DNA of 10,801 bases from a virus (taxonomy: Duplodnaviria; Heunggongvirae; Uroviricota; Caudoviricetes). Of the stretch, positions 1 through 7,168 are shown piece by piece. How positions within the stretch are numbered: the first letter of the stretch is position 1; each line of letters starts with the position of its first letter. The stretch covers positions 1 to 10,801 of the IMG/VR virus record IMGVR_UViG_2529292726_000024; one strand, 5' to 3'. Below the pieces are notes generated by a model. The model saw nothing but the letters and a program-made list of their open reading frames with translations. It did no database searches and had not been told where the DNA came from. Both the position numbers and the translations under genes were made by a program.

Positions 1-223
1 GTAGCATCTCCAGCAGAGTTGTTGGTGTCAGAGCCGGCCTCTCTTTCAACAGAGGAACAAGCATGCTGTCCCACACAGCTTCCAGAGGATCTTTGCGTGT
101 GCGCCAGTGCCGAACACTGTTTTTTGCCCACTCTCCTTTTTCGATCCGACGACCAGAACGGACTGAGATACCAGCCTTCATGGCCGAGATATGCTGAGTT
201 ATACCTTTCTTACGCTGAGTCAT
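1..223 (-). CDS. hypothetical protein, N-terminal fragment (ORF continues beyond window start)
   Basis: Minus-strand ATG at 223-221 opens a frame (MTQRKKGITQHISAMKAGISVRSGRRIEKGEW...) that stays open to base 1; in-frame TAA upstream at 295-293 bounds the start. Absent from the ORF track because it has no stop in the window. Basic N-terminus, no clear Shine-Dalgarno. Function not recognised. Confidence 0.3.
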   Translation of the reverse strand, partial: MTQRKKGITQHISAMKAGISVRSGRRIEKGEWAKNSVRHWRTRKDPLEAVWDSMLVPLLKERPALTPTTLLEML

Positions 224-364
224 ATAGTAACTGACCTGAGAAGTATTGAGCGTCACGCCATTTCCTGTTGGATCATGTAAATGACACTCAGGTTACAAAA
301 CCGGCCAGAATAATCGGCGCCAGGCGGACTGAGTTATTGTCGTCTCATACTCCACGCTTATTTT

Positions 365-1705
365 TTAGGTAACGTCTAAGATTCGCTCAATGAAGCGCAT
401 TTGTTCGAGGTTTTGTTTAACGCGAATGCTGATCCCTCCCTGCTGGTTACGTGAACCAGCAAAGTAGAGACGAGCCTCTCCTTTCGCTTCTTCTTCTTCG
501 GTTTTGTTGATCGTTATTACCAGGTCAGCAATACGTACTTTTTCGATGTTGTCGGCAGCGTGCATCATTGTGGCAACTTCTGACGCGCCACCTTCACGGT
601 TTGTCTGCGATGCCGTGATCCCAGCAACGTTATGCTTGTCATAAAGAGCACGTAAATCGGTGTAGATACTACGAATGTTGGCGCGATCATCACGAAGGTC
701 ATAACTGGCACGCATCAAATCTGCGTAGTCGACAACAACCATGTCAGGCACCATGCCGTTGGCTTTCATGCTGTTAAGCACACGGTCCAGATCTGCCGGT
801 GACATACTTCCTGACGGACGCTCAACAACCCACAAACTACCAATACCCTTCGTAGCTCCCAACTCTGCCAACTTGCGATGAACTTCATCGCGCCGTTCCA
901 CCAACTTGGACATTTCCGTCTCCGACAATCTTGCATCAAAACGGTCGGATAAAATGGTGGTGTGAACCTCCAGCGAGAGATACAGAACATTGTAGCCAGC
1001 AAGTGTTGCGTTTATGGAAAACTCACCCATTGCGGTCGATTTACCGGATTTAGCGAACCCCATGAAGAGCACCATTTCGCGCTTTGCCCAGCCTTTTTGG
1101 TACAGCACCCTATCGAGAAGAGGGAGTCCAGTTGTAATACTGTTTGGTACATACTCCTCTGAAGCCTCATATTCACGCGCTTTCAATCGCTCACTTGCGG
1201 AGGTGTAGTAGTCATAGATTCCGGTCGCTTCGTTCGATCCAATCTGCTGAACCTTGGCCATGATTGCCATCGCCCCCTGAAAGTCGCCTTTCTCTTTCAG
1301 TTCAGCAGCCTTAATCAGAGCATCATCAAACGCTACACTTTTTGCGAAGGTTGATACCTGGTCAACCATGTACGAGGTATCGGACAATTTTTCTGCAAGA
1401 ATGCGCTTAAACGCAGCAACAACATCGGCGAATAGTTCCTCACGGATAGTCTTATCGCGTTTCGCACGCTTAAGCATATCCAGAATTGCAGATGAAGAGG
1501 GCGCGCTCTTGTACATACGGTAATAGCCCGAAACCATATTAACCAATATGGCATTGGCCGCATTGGCAAATTGGCTAGGCACAACCAGATCTCCCGCACG
1601 AGTAAGAAACTCGTGATCACGACAAAAATATGCCGTCAGTCTGTTCTGGAAATCTTCATCAAACTCTTCGGACAGCCCGCGTCCTGTATGGCAAAGTTCG
1701 GTCAT
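365..1705 (-). CDS. DnaB-family (SF4, RecA-fold) replicative DNA helicase
   Basis: 446-aa ORF; Walker A GFAKSGKST; DnaB-like motifs VVVDYADLM (Walker B/H2) and ITASQTNRE (H3); SD AAGGAA 5 nt upstream of ATG at 1705-1703. Family assignment from motifs seen in the translation. Confidence 0.82.
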   Translation of the reverse strand: MTELCHTGRGLSEEFDEDFQNRLTAYFCRDHEFLTRAGDLVVPSQFANAANAILVNMVSGYYRMYKSAPSSSAILDMLKRAKRDKTIREELFADVVAAFKRILAEKLSDTSYMVDQVSTFAKSVAFDDALIKAAELKEKGDFQGAMAIMAKVQQIGSNEATGIYDYYTSASERLKAREYEASEEYVPNSITTGLPLLDRVLYQKGWAKREMVLFMGFAKSGKSTAMGEFSINATLAGYNVLYLSLEVHTTILSDRFDARLSETEMSKLVERRDEVHRKLAELGATKGIGSLWVVERPSGSMSPADLDRVLNSMKANGMVPDMVVVDYADLMRASYDLRDDRANIRSIYTDLRALYDKHNVAGITASQTNREGGASEVATMMHAADNIEKVRIADLVITINKTEEEEAKGEARLYFAGSRNQQGGISIRVKQNLEQMRFIERILDVT

Positions 1706-1748
1706 GTGCTTTCCTTTGTTTTTTAAACAAATTGTTTTCTAGTATTAG

Positions 1749-2489
1749 TTAATTAGATAGGGGATCAATAAACCGCCGTGCTTCTTCCAGTTCTTCTGGA
1801 AAGTGGGCGTAAATAAGGCGCTCTGGAACGATTTCCATTAGCCAGATAGCGGAGAAAATTGCGCGTATGCGCTTGCTGCGAGGGATGGTGCGCAAACGCT
1901 CCAGAATCCACTCAAAATAGCTTTCCTGAATCGGGTTGAACTGCATGTCTCCCATATGCTTAAAGCTAACCAGAGAGTCATCCAGACGGGTTGTTGCGCG
2001 TCTGGCTAATTTCTCTTCAAATATCTCAATCAGTTCTGGCTGCCATAAATGCTGTGGGCGCGGCAGCTTGTCCCACAGCCGTCGTGCAGCTGCGGAAAGA
2101 ACGGTGGAGATAAAGTAGTCGTATGAGCAGCAATAGCGATCCGCAAACTGGCGTGCTTTCCATAGCGACGTTTTATTGGCAGTCGACAACTCCTGATAAG
2201 GCAGACGTTTTAACCCGGTGGTGAACGGAGCTGTTTCAAAGTGTTCGCGACCGTGCGTCAGCATGATATTTGAGTACTGACGTTTGTATGCCTCCGTAAA
2301 AAGACAGGTGGCCATGAGAGGATGCATGTCGCGGTAATCAAACCACTTCGTCTCGAAGAGTTCAGCCTCGTCTTTACAGCGCGACAAACCAATGTTTTCA
2401 GCGACCCACTTGTCCATAACAGCGGTATTCCACTCTGTCATGAAGTCGTACTGGTCGTTGTCGATGGTATCGAAAAAGATTTGGCTCAT
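1749..2489 (-). CDS. hypothetical protein, immediately upstream of the helicase gene (possible replication initiator or helicase loader by position only)
   Basis: Long ORF, 43-nt gap to helicase start, same strand. First ATG at 2489-2487 has SD AGGTGA 5 nt upstream; the track start at 2498 is a GTG. Aromatic-rich, no motif recognised. Confidence 0.6.
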   Translation of the reverse strand: MSQIFFDTIDNDQYDFMTEWNTAVMDKWVAENIGLSRCKDEAELFETKWFDYRDMHPLMATCLFTEAYKRQYSNIMLTHGREHFETAPFTTGLKRLPYQELSTANKTSLWKARQFADRYCCSYDYFISTVLSAAARRLWDKLPRPQHLWQPELIEIFEEKLARRATTRLDDSLVSFKHMGDMQFNPIQESYFEWILERLRTIPRSKRIRAIFSAIWLMEIVPERLIYAHFPEELEEARRFIDPLSN

Positions 2490-2498
2490 GTGGCTCAC

Positions 2499-2591
2499 CT
2501 GGTGGGTAGTTACTTACTTATCACAATGAGCGGATGATAGCGACTGGTGGCAGTTTTTGGAAGTGAAAACGGAAGGGAGTTGTTCTGGTGG
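2499..2591. repeat. three direct CTGGTGG heptamer repeats in the divergent control region (candidate iterons/operators)
   Basis: CTGGTGG at 2499-2505, 2544-2550 and 2585-2591 (spacing 45 and 41 bp); the first overlaps the SD of the 246-aa gene on the opposite strand. None is preceded by G, so none is a canonical Chi octamer. Confidence 0.4.
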
Positions 2592-2714
2592 TGTCTTTTA
2601 AAAGACCTGCTTCCGTATATATTTAATAAGTTACTTATTATTTATATACAGAAACAGGCTCCTAATGGATACCAAGAACAACATAATTTGACTCCAACCC
2701 CAGATGCTATGTCA

Positions 2715-2748
2715 TTGACAGATTTATCAAGGGAGATCATGTTAGAAT
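2715..2748 (+). promoter_or_regulatory. candidate sigma70-type promoter for the 352-aa ORF
   Basis: TTGACA at 2715-2720 and extended -10-like TGtTAGAAT at 2740-2748; spacing 22 bp is longer than optimal, so this is weak evidence. Confidence 0.25.
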
Positions 2749-2778
2749 CAGTGTTTTAGCCTCGTGGATATTGTCACC

Positions 2779-3837
2779 ATGCGCATGAATAGACTTCCAG
2801 GATATGGCCTTCCCGAACTGGCTTTTTGGCCTCAGCCTAAATATGAACGGAATAAATGGTCGATGTTCTGTCTGAAACTCCGTAATGATGGAACCCTTGC
2901 TTGGTATCGGCGATATGTTGATCGTGGTATGCCAAACCACGCTTTTGATGACGACTACGATAACTATCCTGAAGCAAGAAAAGCGGCATTAGAGCTGAAT
3001 AAAAACGTGAGCTTTGACATTGAAAAACTTCCTCTATCTATGTTTCAAAAGAAGTCATTGCGTTTGAAAGTTGACAAAGCACTCAAAGCCAAATCACGTC
3101 TCATGGATGAAGAGCATATAATGCTCAACGAAGCAATTAAGGCACACGCCAACGATCCGCGAGTGACATTAAATGAGTTAATAATTAACCCAGATTACGA
3201 AACTTTGCGTCAACCCCTTTTTGACGTGCTAAGCGAGATGCCTTACTTACATTTTGTTTTTCTTCCCAAATTCCAAGTTTCACTTCAACTCGTTGCTCCT
3301 AACACTTGGGAATGTTCATATAACAACAAAGCTAAGACAGCGAAGATCTGCTACCAAGAACGCATAGCCAGAGGTTTTGGTTTATCAGGTGCTGCACATT
3401 GGGGAAAAACAAAAGCGACTATTCGCTCAATGCTTCTGCCGCGTGCTAACCGGTTACTGCAACTCGCCAGCGTAAAAAGAATGCTGGATGAAGCTCTCAG
3501 GAATGGGCAAAAGGTACTGGTTGTTGGCAACTTTGTTTTCTGGTTTGAGGACAAAAATCAGGTAGGTTGGAGTGTTAAAGTTGCTAGCGAAAGCGAAACC
3601 ACCTCAAGAGGCAATACGCTCTGGAAAGAAGGAACTATCATTTCAAAAAATCACGGTCGAATTGTCGTGCTGCCGTATACAAAAGAAAACGGTAAACATG
3701 TAAAAGGTTATACCAAGAATGCCCCTAACGACGGCAACGCAATTCCGAGACATAAGGATGAGTATGTCGAGTTGCCCTTTGAAATTTTGGATGGTGACTT
3801 GATGTTCAGTCTGTTCGGTGAGCTTAACTACGAATAG
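2779..3837 (+). CDS. hypothetical protein (352 aa from ATG 2779; 357 aa if the GTG at 2764 is used), orphan accessory gene of unknown function
   Basis: Uninterrupted ORF on the strand opposite to both flanking modules; terminator-like hairpin downstream; AT-richer than neighbours by hand count (3001-3060 about 32% GC versus about 45% for 1381-1440 in the helicase). No Walker, HTH, TM or nuclease motif recognised. Start codon uncertain; no strong SD. Confidence 0.6.
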   Translation: MRMNRLPGYGLPELAFWPQPKYERNKWSMFCLKLRNDGTLAWYRRYVDRGMPNHAFDDDYDNYPEARKAALELNKNVSFDIEKLPLSMFQKKSLRLKVDKALKAKSRLMDEEHIMLNEAIKAHANDPRVTLNELIINPDYETLRQPLFDVLSEMPYLHFVFLPKFQVSLQLVAPNTWECSYNNKAKTAKICYQERIARGFGLSGAAHWGKTKATIRSMLLPRANRLLQLASVKRMLDEALRNGQKVLVVGNFVFWFEDKNQVGWSVKVASESETTSRGNTLWKEGTIISKNHGRIVVLPYTKENGKHVKGYTKNAPNDGNAIPRHKDEYVELPFEILDGDLMFSLFGELNYE

Positions 3838-3854
3838 CTTTCATAGAACGAAAT

Positions 3855-3892
3855 ATTTCTAAGGCTGTCCAATGCAGACCAGCCTTAGAGAT
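3855..3892. terminator. bidirectional terminator-like hairpin between convergent genes
   Basis: Stem 3855-3867 pairs with 3880-3892 (core CTAAGGCTG / CAGCCTTAG, 9 perfect bp, extendable to 13 with one wobble), 12-nt loop; T-rich flank on both strands. Lies between the stop at 3835-3837 (+) and the stop at 3900-3898 (-). Confidence 0.45.
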
Positions 3893-3897
3893 TTATA

Positions 3898-4257
3898 TCA
3901 ACCTTTCTTCATTAACTCGCGTTTAATTTCATCGGTACGCATCGTGACATCGGCAGCGGTGATCGCCTCATTCAATTTCACGATGTCCTCGATTTCCTGC
4001 GGTGACTTCTCTGCCAGATGGAAAATGGCTGCTCGAATCACGTCAGAACGAGTGAACTTCTCGAAGCGAGGGATGAACTTCATCATCTCCAGCAGTTCGA
4101 AGTATTCGTCCTCCAGTGACATTGTGCGGCTTTTAATTTTCTCTTTGCCACGAGTCGGGCGTCCCTGTGGTCTGACTGGTTGGCGCAAAGGAGTTGTGTT
4201 CTTAGCCGGTGCATCAGGCTCTTTGCGCTTTGCTAGGTCACCCATTTTCATGGACAT
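3898..4257 (-). CDS. small partition-locus partner protein (ParG/ParB-like centromere-binding protein candidate)
   Basis: 119-aa ORF whose ATG (4257-4255) overlaps the ParA stop (4259-4257) as TAATG; basic, Pro-rich N-terminal tail and short C-terminal domain, typical of small partner proteins of ParF-type ATPases. Assignment is by context, not motif. Confidence 0.5.
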   Translation of the reverse strand: MSMKMGDLAKRKEPDAPAKNTTPLRQPVRPQGRPTRGKEKIKSRTMSLEDEYFELLEMMKFIPRFEKFTRSDVIRAAIFHLAEKSPQEIEDIVKLNEAITAADVTMRTDEIKRELMKKG

Positions 4258-4925
4258 TATTCTTCTTCCTCCAGACTCAACAGATAATCTACAAATTCTT
4301 CAAACTCGGCTTCCGCCTTTTTGTCGCGCTCGCTACCGGTCATTTCAAAGATAGAACGACCAGACTCTTCCGCATCATCATAGACGTTGCGGTTATATAG
4401 ATTGACTGGCGCAGACTCGATTCCAAACGTCTCAACAATCTCTTTAGCCGCCAGAATGCGAGACACTTGTGATGGCAAAGCCGGGCACTGGTTCATGACC
4501 GCGCGGACCTTCACTTTATCGTTTACATTGCGAACATTGTCGATAATAGGATCGATGTCACGTAAAGATTTCAAATCACGACGCTTAGGACGCAGCGGGA
4601 TAATGATAACGTCAGCCATCAGCATCGCTTGTCGCTGAATTTCGGAGTCGAAGCCACCAGCATCTACCACTACAAACTCAGCTCTACCCTGAAGCGATTT
4701 TAGGTGCTTAATGATGTCATCCTGAACGTATGCAAAAGGAATCAGCTCAAGGTCTTCGTTCTGTCGACGGTCTTCACACCAGCTCGTTGTCGTGCGCTGA
4801 ATATCTATATCGGTAATATAAACCTTCTTCTTCTTTTTGACTTTCAGGCAAACGGCAATTTGCTGGGCAACGGTGGATTTGCCAGGCCCGCCCTTTGTGC
4901 CGCCAACCACAAAGATCTTGGTCAT
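4257..4925 (-). CDS. ParA/ParF-family partition ATPase (deviant Walker A)
   Basis: 222 aa; deviant Walker A GGTKGGPGKST near the N-terminus; acidic C-terminus; small size typical of type Ib ParA. Confidence 0.8.
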   Translation of the reverse strand: MTKIFVVGGTKGGPGKSTVAQQIAVCLKVKKKKKVYITDIDIQRTTTSWCEDRRQNEDLELIPFAYVQDDIIKHLKSLQGRAEFVVVDAGGFDSEIQRQAMLMADVIIIPLRPKRRDLKSLRDIDPIIDNVRNVNDKVKVRAVMNQCPALPSQVSRILAAKEIVETFGIESAPVNLYNRNVYDDAEESGRSIFEMTGSERDKKAEAEFEEFVDYLLSLEEEE

Positions 4926-4960
4926 TGGAGAGTTCCCTTTGCGTATATAATTATCGTCTG

Positions 4961-4973
4961 AAACAACTTGTTT
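4961..4973. promoter_or_regulatory. palindrome upstream of parA-like gene (candidate operator/centromere element)
   Basis: AAACAA-c-TTGTTT at 4961-4973, about 36 bp upstream of the parA ATG. Additional inverted repeat GTACGG-N7-CCGTAC at 5105-5123 in the same intergenic region. Confidence 0.25.
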
Positions 4974-5128
4974 TCTTATATGTGATATAGCCTAAATGCC
5001 TACGGCTGCGGTGTAAAGGTTAAATGGTAGGTTGTGATTAACAATTGGCAAACATAGCTTGTATTTGTCTGTTGAAAAAAGTAACAATGACCTCTATATT
5101 ACAAGTACGGTGATATGCCGTACACAAT

Positions 5129-5188
5129 TTGATAATGCACACGTAATGGGCTATAGCCTTTTAAAGTAATTTTTGAGTCGAAAACTCA
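5129..5188 (+). promoter_or_regulatory. candidate promoter and operator of the toxin-antitoxin operon
   Basis: TTGATA (5129-5134), 17-bp spacer, TATAGC (5152-5157); downstream inverted repeat TGAGT-cgaaa-ACTCA at 5174-5188, positioned like an autoregulatory operator. Confidence 0.3.
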
Positions 5189-5243
5189 GTTTGAACAGAG
5201 GAGATTGATGGCCTTCCTACATCACGGCCATCAGGAGGAATAC

Positions 5244-5513
5244 ATGTCAGCACTAAAAAAGCAGCGCATCGATTTGAGATTAACCGATGACGATAAAAGC
5301 ATCATCGAGGAAGCTGCCGCAATGTCTAACCAGAGCATTACTCAGTTTATGGTTAGCAGTGCATCTGAACGTGCCGTGAAAGTTATAGAGCAACACCGTA
5401 GACTAGTTCTGAATGAAGAATCCTGGAATCTGGTTATGGACGCTATAAGCAATCCTCCGGCACCGAACGACAAGCTGAAACGAGCTGCTGATCGTCTGAA
5501 AAGCATGGAGTAG
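5244..5513 (+). CDS. type II antitoxin, DUF1778 (RHH) family, AtaR/TacA/KacA-like
   Basis: MSALKKQRIDLRLTDDDKS... matches the conserved N-terminus of DUF1778 antitoxins as I remember them. SD AGGAGG 5 nt upstream of ATG 5244; an alternative in-frame ATG at 5208 also has an SD. Stop is 7 nt before the toxin start. Confidence 0.8.
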   Translation: MSALKKQRIDLRLTDDDKSIIEEAAAMSNQSITQFMVSSASERAVKVIEQHRRLVLNEESWNLVMDAISNPPAPNDKLKRAADRLKSME

Positions 5514-5520
5514 TTTACTC

Positions 5521-6042
5521 GTGGATAATATAAAGATAGAAATTTTCTCTGGAGAGAAAGATTATGATTTGAATGGTTTTGATTGCGGTGAAGAATCACT
5601 AAATGCCTTTTTAACCAACCACTTAAAAAGGCAGCATGAGGGAAAAATTCTTCGCGCTTATGTGCTTTGCACGAAAGAAGGCAGACCAAAAGTGTTAGGG
5701 TATTACACTTTGTCAGGTAGCTGCTTTGAAAAGGAGTCCTTACCTTCAAGAAGCCAGCAAAAGAAGGTACCTTATCGGAATGTTCCAAGTGTTACTTTGG
5801 GTAGGCTGGCTTTGGACAAGTCCCTTCAAGGTCAAGGATTTGGCTCAATGCTTGTAACACATGCAATGCGCGTTGTGTACAATGCATCTCTTGCTGTAGG
5901 CATTCATGGACTTTTCGTTGAGGCGTTAAATGACAAAGCCAAGGCGTTTTATAAAAGTTTAGACTTTATCCAGCTGGTTGGTAACAACGAGCGTTCTTTG
6001 TTCTATCCTACAAAATCTATCGAAAAATTGTTCGAAGAATAA
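5521..6042 (+). CDS. GNAT-family N-acetyltransferase toxin (AtaT/TacT/ItaT-like, aminoacyl-tRNA acetylating)
   Basis: 173 aa, GTG start; acetyl-CoA-binding motif LQGQGFGSML; conserved FDCGEE and VGIHGLFVEALN segments remembered from AtaT-family toxins; directly downstream of the DUF1778 antitoxin. Confidence 0.8.
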   Translation: MDNIKIEIFSGEKDYDLNGFDCGEESLNAFLTNHLKRQHEGKILRAYVLCTKEGRPKVLGYYTLSGSCFEKESLPSRSQQKKVPYRNVPSVTLGRLALDKSLQGQGFGSMLVTHAMRVVYNASLAVGIHGLFVEALNDKAKAFYKSLDFIQLVGNNERSLFYPTKSIEKLFEE

Positions 6043-6047
6043 TGTAC

Positions 6048-6065
6048 TCCCCTCAAGTGAGGGGA
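6048..6065 (-). terminator. terminator-like hairpin between the converging TA operon and the minus-strand membrane cassette
   Basis: TCCCCTCA (6048-6055) pairs with TGAGGGGA (6058-6065); on the minus strand it follows the stop at 6076-6074 and precedes a U-rich stretch; the plus-strand flank is not U-rich. Confidence 0.35.
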
Positions 6066-6073
6066 ACTTCGCA

Positions 6074-6289
6074 TCACCAACCGCAAACTCTCTCTCCCAT
6101 CGTATTGTGAAAAAGGATTTGGCGTTCGGTTTCTTCGGTCATCACATCATTATTGCTGATATAGATAGGCCCAGCTCCATCGCAGAACAATACGCTGGCG
6201 GTTTGTGGTTTAATGACGCACCCACTTATCATACAACTCACGATGAACGGCAGAAGCATCTTTCTGACGTATTTTATTGCTCGTCTCAT
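6074..6289 (-). CDS. candidate o-spanin-like outer-membrane lipoprotein, overlapping the 3-prime end of the upstream gene in the +1 frame
   Basis: Lipoprotein signal MRRAIKYVRKMLLPFIVSCMISGC with lipobox ISGC (alternative start at ATG 6259). Overlaps the 6210-6461 gene by 80 nt in another frame, the classic overlapped Rz/Rz1 arrangement. Mature part is not proline-rich, so the assignment is tentative. Confidence 0.4.
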   Translation of the reverse strand: MRRAIKYVRKMLLPFIVSCMISGCVIKPQTASVLFCDGAGPIYISNNDVMTEETERQILFHNTMGERVCGW

Positions 6290-6461
6290 TCACCACTTCC
6301 ACTGTGCTTTGAAGTCGTTTTCTGTCTTCCTGTTTTGCCTTCTCTTCCATTGCTCGTCGCGCCGCATTCCCGCCCATCGTGTAAGCGCCGACAAGAACGA
6401 AAAGAACGGCAGCCAGCGTAATCAAAGCAACTTTTAGCTTTGTCATCAGGCTGCCTAGCAT
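6210..6461 (-). CDS. candidate i-spanin-like protein (N-terminal TM helix, charged periplasmic helix)
   Basis: ATG at 6461-6459 with SD AAGGGA upstream; MLGSLMTKLKVALITLAAVLFVLVGAYT is a single N-terminal TM, followed by a charged helical region (AARRAMEEKAKQEDRKRLQ...). Short (83 aa) for an Rz-like protein. Confidence 0.42.
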   Translation of the reverse strand: MLGSLMTKLKVALITLAAVLFVLVGAYTMGGNAARRAMEEKAKQEDRKRLQSTVEVVNETSNKIRQKDASAVHRELYDKWVRH

Positions 6462-6462
6462 A

Positions 6463-7155
6463 TTAGACCATCCCTTTCTGGTGTTTTCTTCCCTGCGACC
6501 AGGCAATGAATCCTGCCACAACAATAGTGGCAATACCGAAGATGATGCGTACTGTATCCCCGCTAGAGATATGACCTTGTGCTTTATCCATAGCAGCGGA
6601 AACCTGCGGCATAACATCGGCCAGCTGCGCCAGACCAATACCTGCTGTAACAGTTGCGCCTGCGGTTTCTTTAGTTACAGGAACAGCCTTCACGGTTTTC
6701 ACCGGCTTAACAACGCCAGCTCGACGCAGACCTTCCTCAATAACTTCTACCGCATACCAGGTGTTCAGCGTTTTTAGCGGGCCTCGGCCATTCTCGTGGC
6801 GAATGATTGCCTCAACCAAAGGTCGAAGGATGTCGTAATCATGCAGATCGATGATCATGTCTGCGGTTACACCAACGGCTTTAGACACCTCATTAATGTA
6901 GGCGTCAGTATTGTTTTCATTCGGCGGTGCCCAACGTTCAATAACTTCACGAATGGTATCGATACTTGAGCCGTCTTTTGCGCGACGTTTGTCGTGGTAG
7001 GTAATTAGAGTCACCGCCAGCGCACGAATCCCCCAAACAGGGTCTTTAAACGTGCAAAAGCGCGGTTCGTCTGGATTCGCAACCAGACCTTGCCACGGTG
7101 ATCCTTTATCAAGATTACCGGGGTTATTATTACGAATGCCTCTCGGAGTCTTCAT
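6463..7155 (-). CDS. tail-anchored membrane protein (C-terminal TM); endolysin-like only by its position in the cassette, unverified
   Basis: 230 aa from ATG 7155 (SD AGGAG 7 nt upstream; the track start at 7182 is a GTG). N-terminal soluble domain with RNNNPGNL, C-terminal TM IIFGIATIVVAGFIAW. No catalytic motif of a known muralytic family recognised. Confidence 0.4.
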   Translation of the reverse strand: MKTPRGIRNNNPGNLDKGSPWQGLVANPDEPRFCTFKDPVWGIRALAVTLITYHDKRRAKDGSSIDTIREVIERWAPPNENNTDAYINEVSKAVGVTADMIIDLHDYDILRPLVEAIIRHENGRGPLKTLNTWYAVEVIEEGLRRAGVVKPVKTVKAVPVTKETAGATVTAGIGLAQLADVMPQVSAAMDKAQGHISSGDTVRIIFGIATIVVAGFIAWSQGRKHQKGMV

Positions 7156-7168
7156 CCTTGATCTCCTG

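Noticed and set aside
19-234. 71-aa plus-strand ORF at the left edge
   Set aside because: Lies antisense to the better-supported minus-strand ORF (223 to 1), is Cys-rich with odd composition and has no RBS; probably a shadow ORF.
766-1620. Several ORFs inside the helicase gene (766-1002, 962-1162, 1014-1208, 1333-1620)
   Set aside because: Fully embedded in or antisense to the 446-aa helicase ORF, which carries clear motifs; treated as frame shadows.
1936-2537. Plus-strand ORFs 1936-2118 and 2322-2537
   Set aside because: Antisense to the 246-aa gene and without signals of their own; shadow ORFs.
2499-2591. Chi recombination hotspot sites
   Set aside because: The three repeats are CTGGTGG preceded by C, A and T, not G, so none is the canonical GCTGGTGG octamer.
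2547-2759. 70-aa ORF in the divergent intergenic region, and a 6-codon mini-ORF (ATG 2739 to TAG 2759)
   Set aside because: GTG start with no SD, low-complexity AT-rich translation (LLIIYIQK) and overlap with promoter-like and repeat elements; more likely regulatory DNA. A leader peptide coupled to the 2764 GTG cannot be excluded but is unsupported.
2737-3554. Minus-strand ORFs 2737-2940 and 3351-3554
   Set aside because: Antisense shadows within or overlapping the 352-aa plus-strand gene.
3872-4961. Plus-strand ORFs across the partition locus (3872-4354, 4209-4400, 4387-4638, 4704-4961)
   Set aside because: Antisense to the ParA and partner genes, which have a Walker motif and coupled starts; Ser/Arg-rich shadow translations.
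5205-5243. Longer antitoxin start at TTG 5205 or ATG 5208
   Set aside because: The DUF1778 family N-terminus as remembered begins at the MSALKK methionine (5244), which has an AGGAGG SD at ideal spacing. The 5208 ATG also has an SD, so this is a preference, not a certainty.
5342-6437. ORFs 5342-5788 (minus), 5978-6421 (plus) and 6213-6437 (plus)
   Set aside because: Antisense to the toxin-antitoxin genes or to the spanin-like genes; no independent support.
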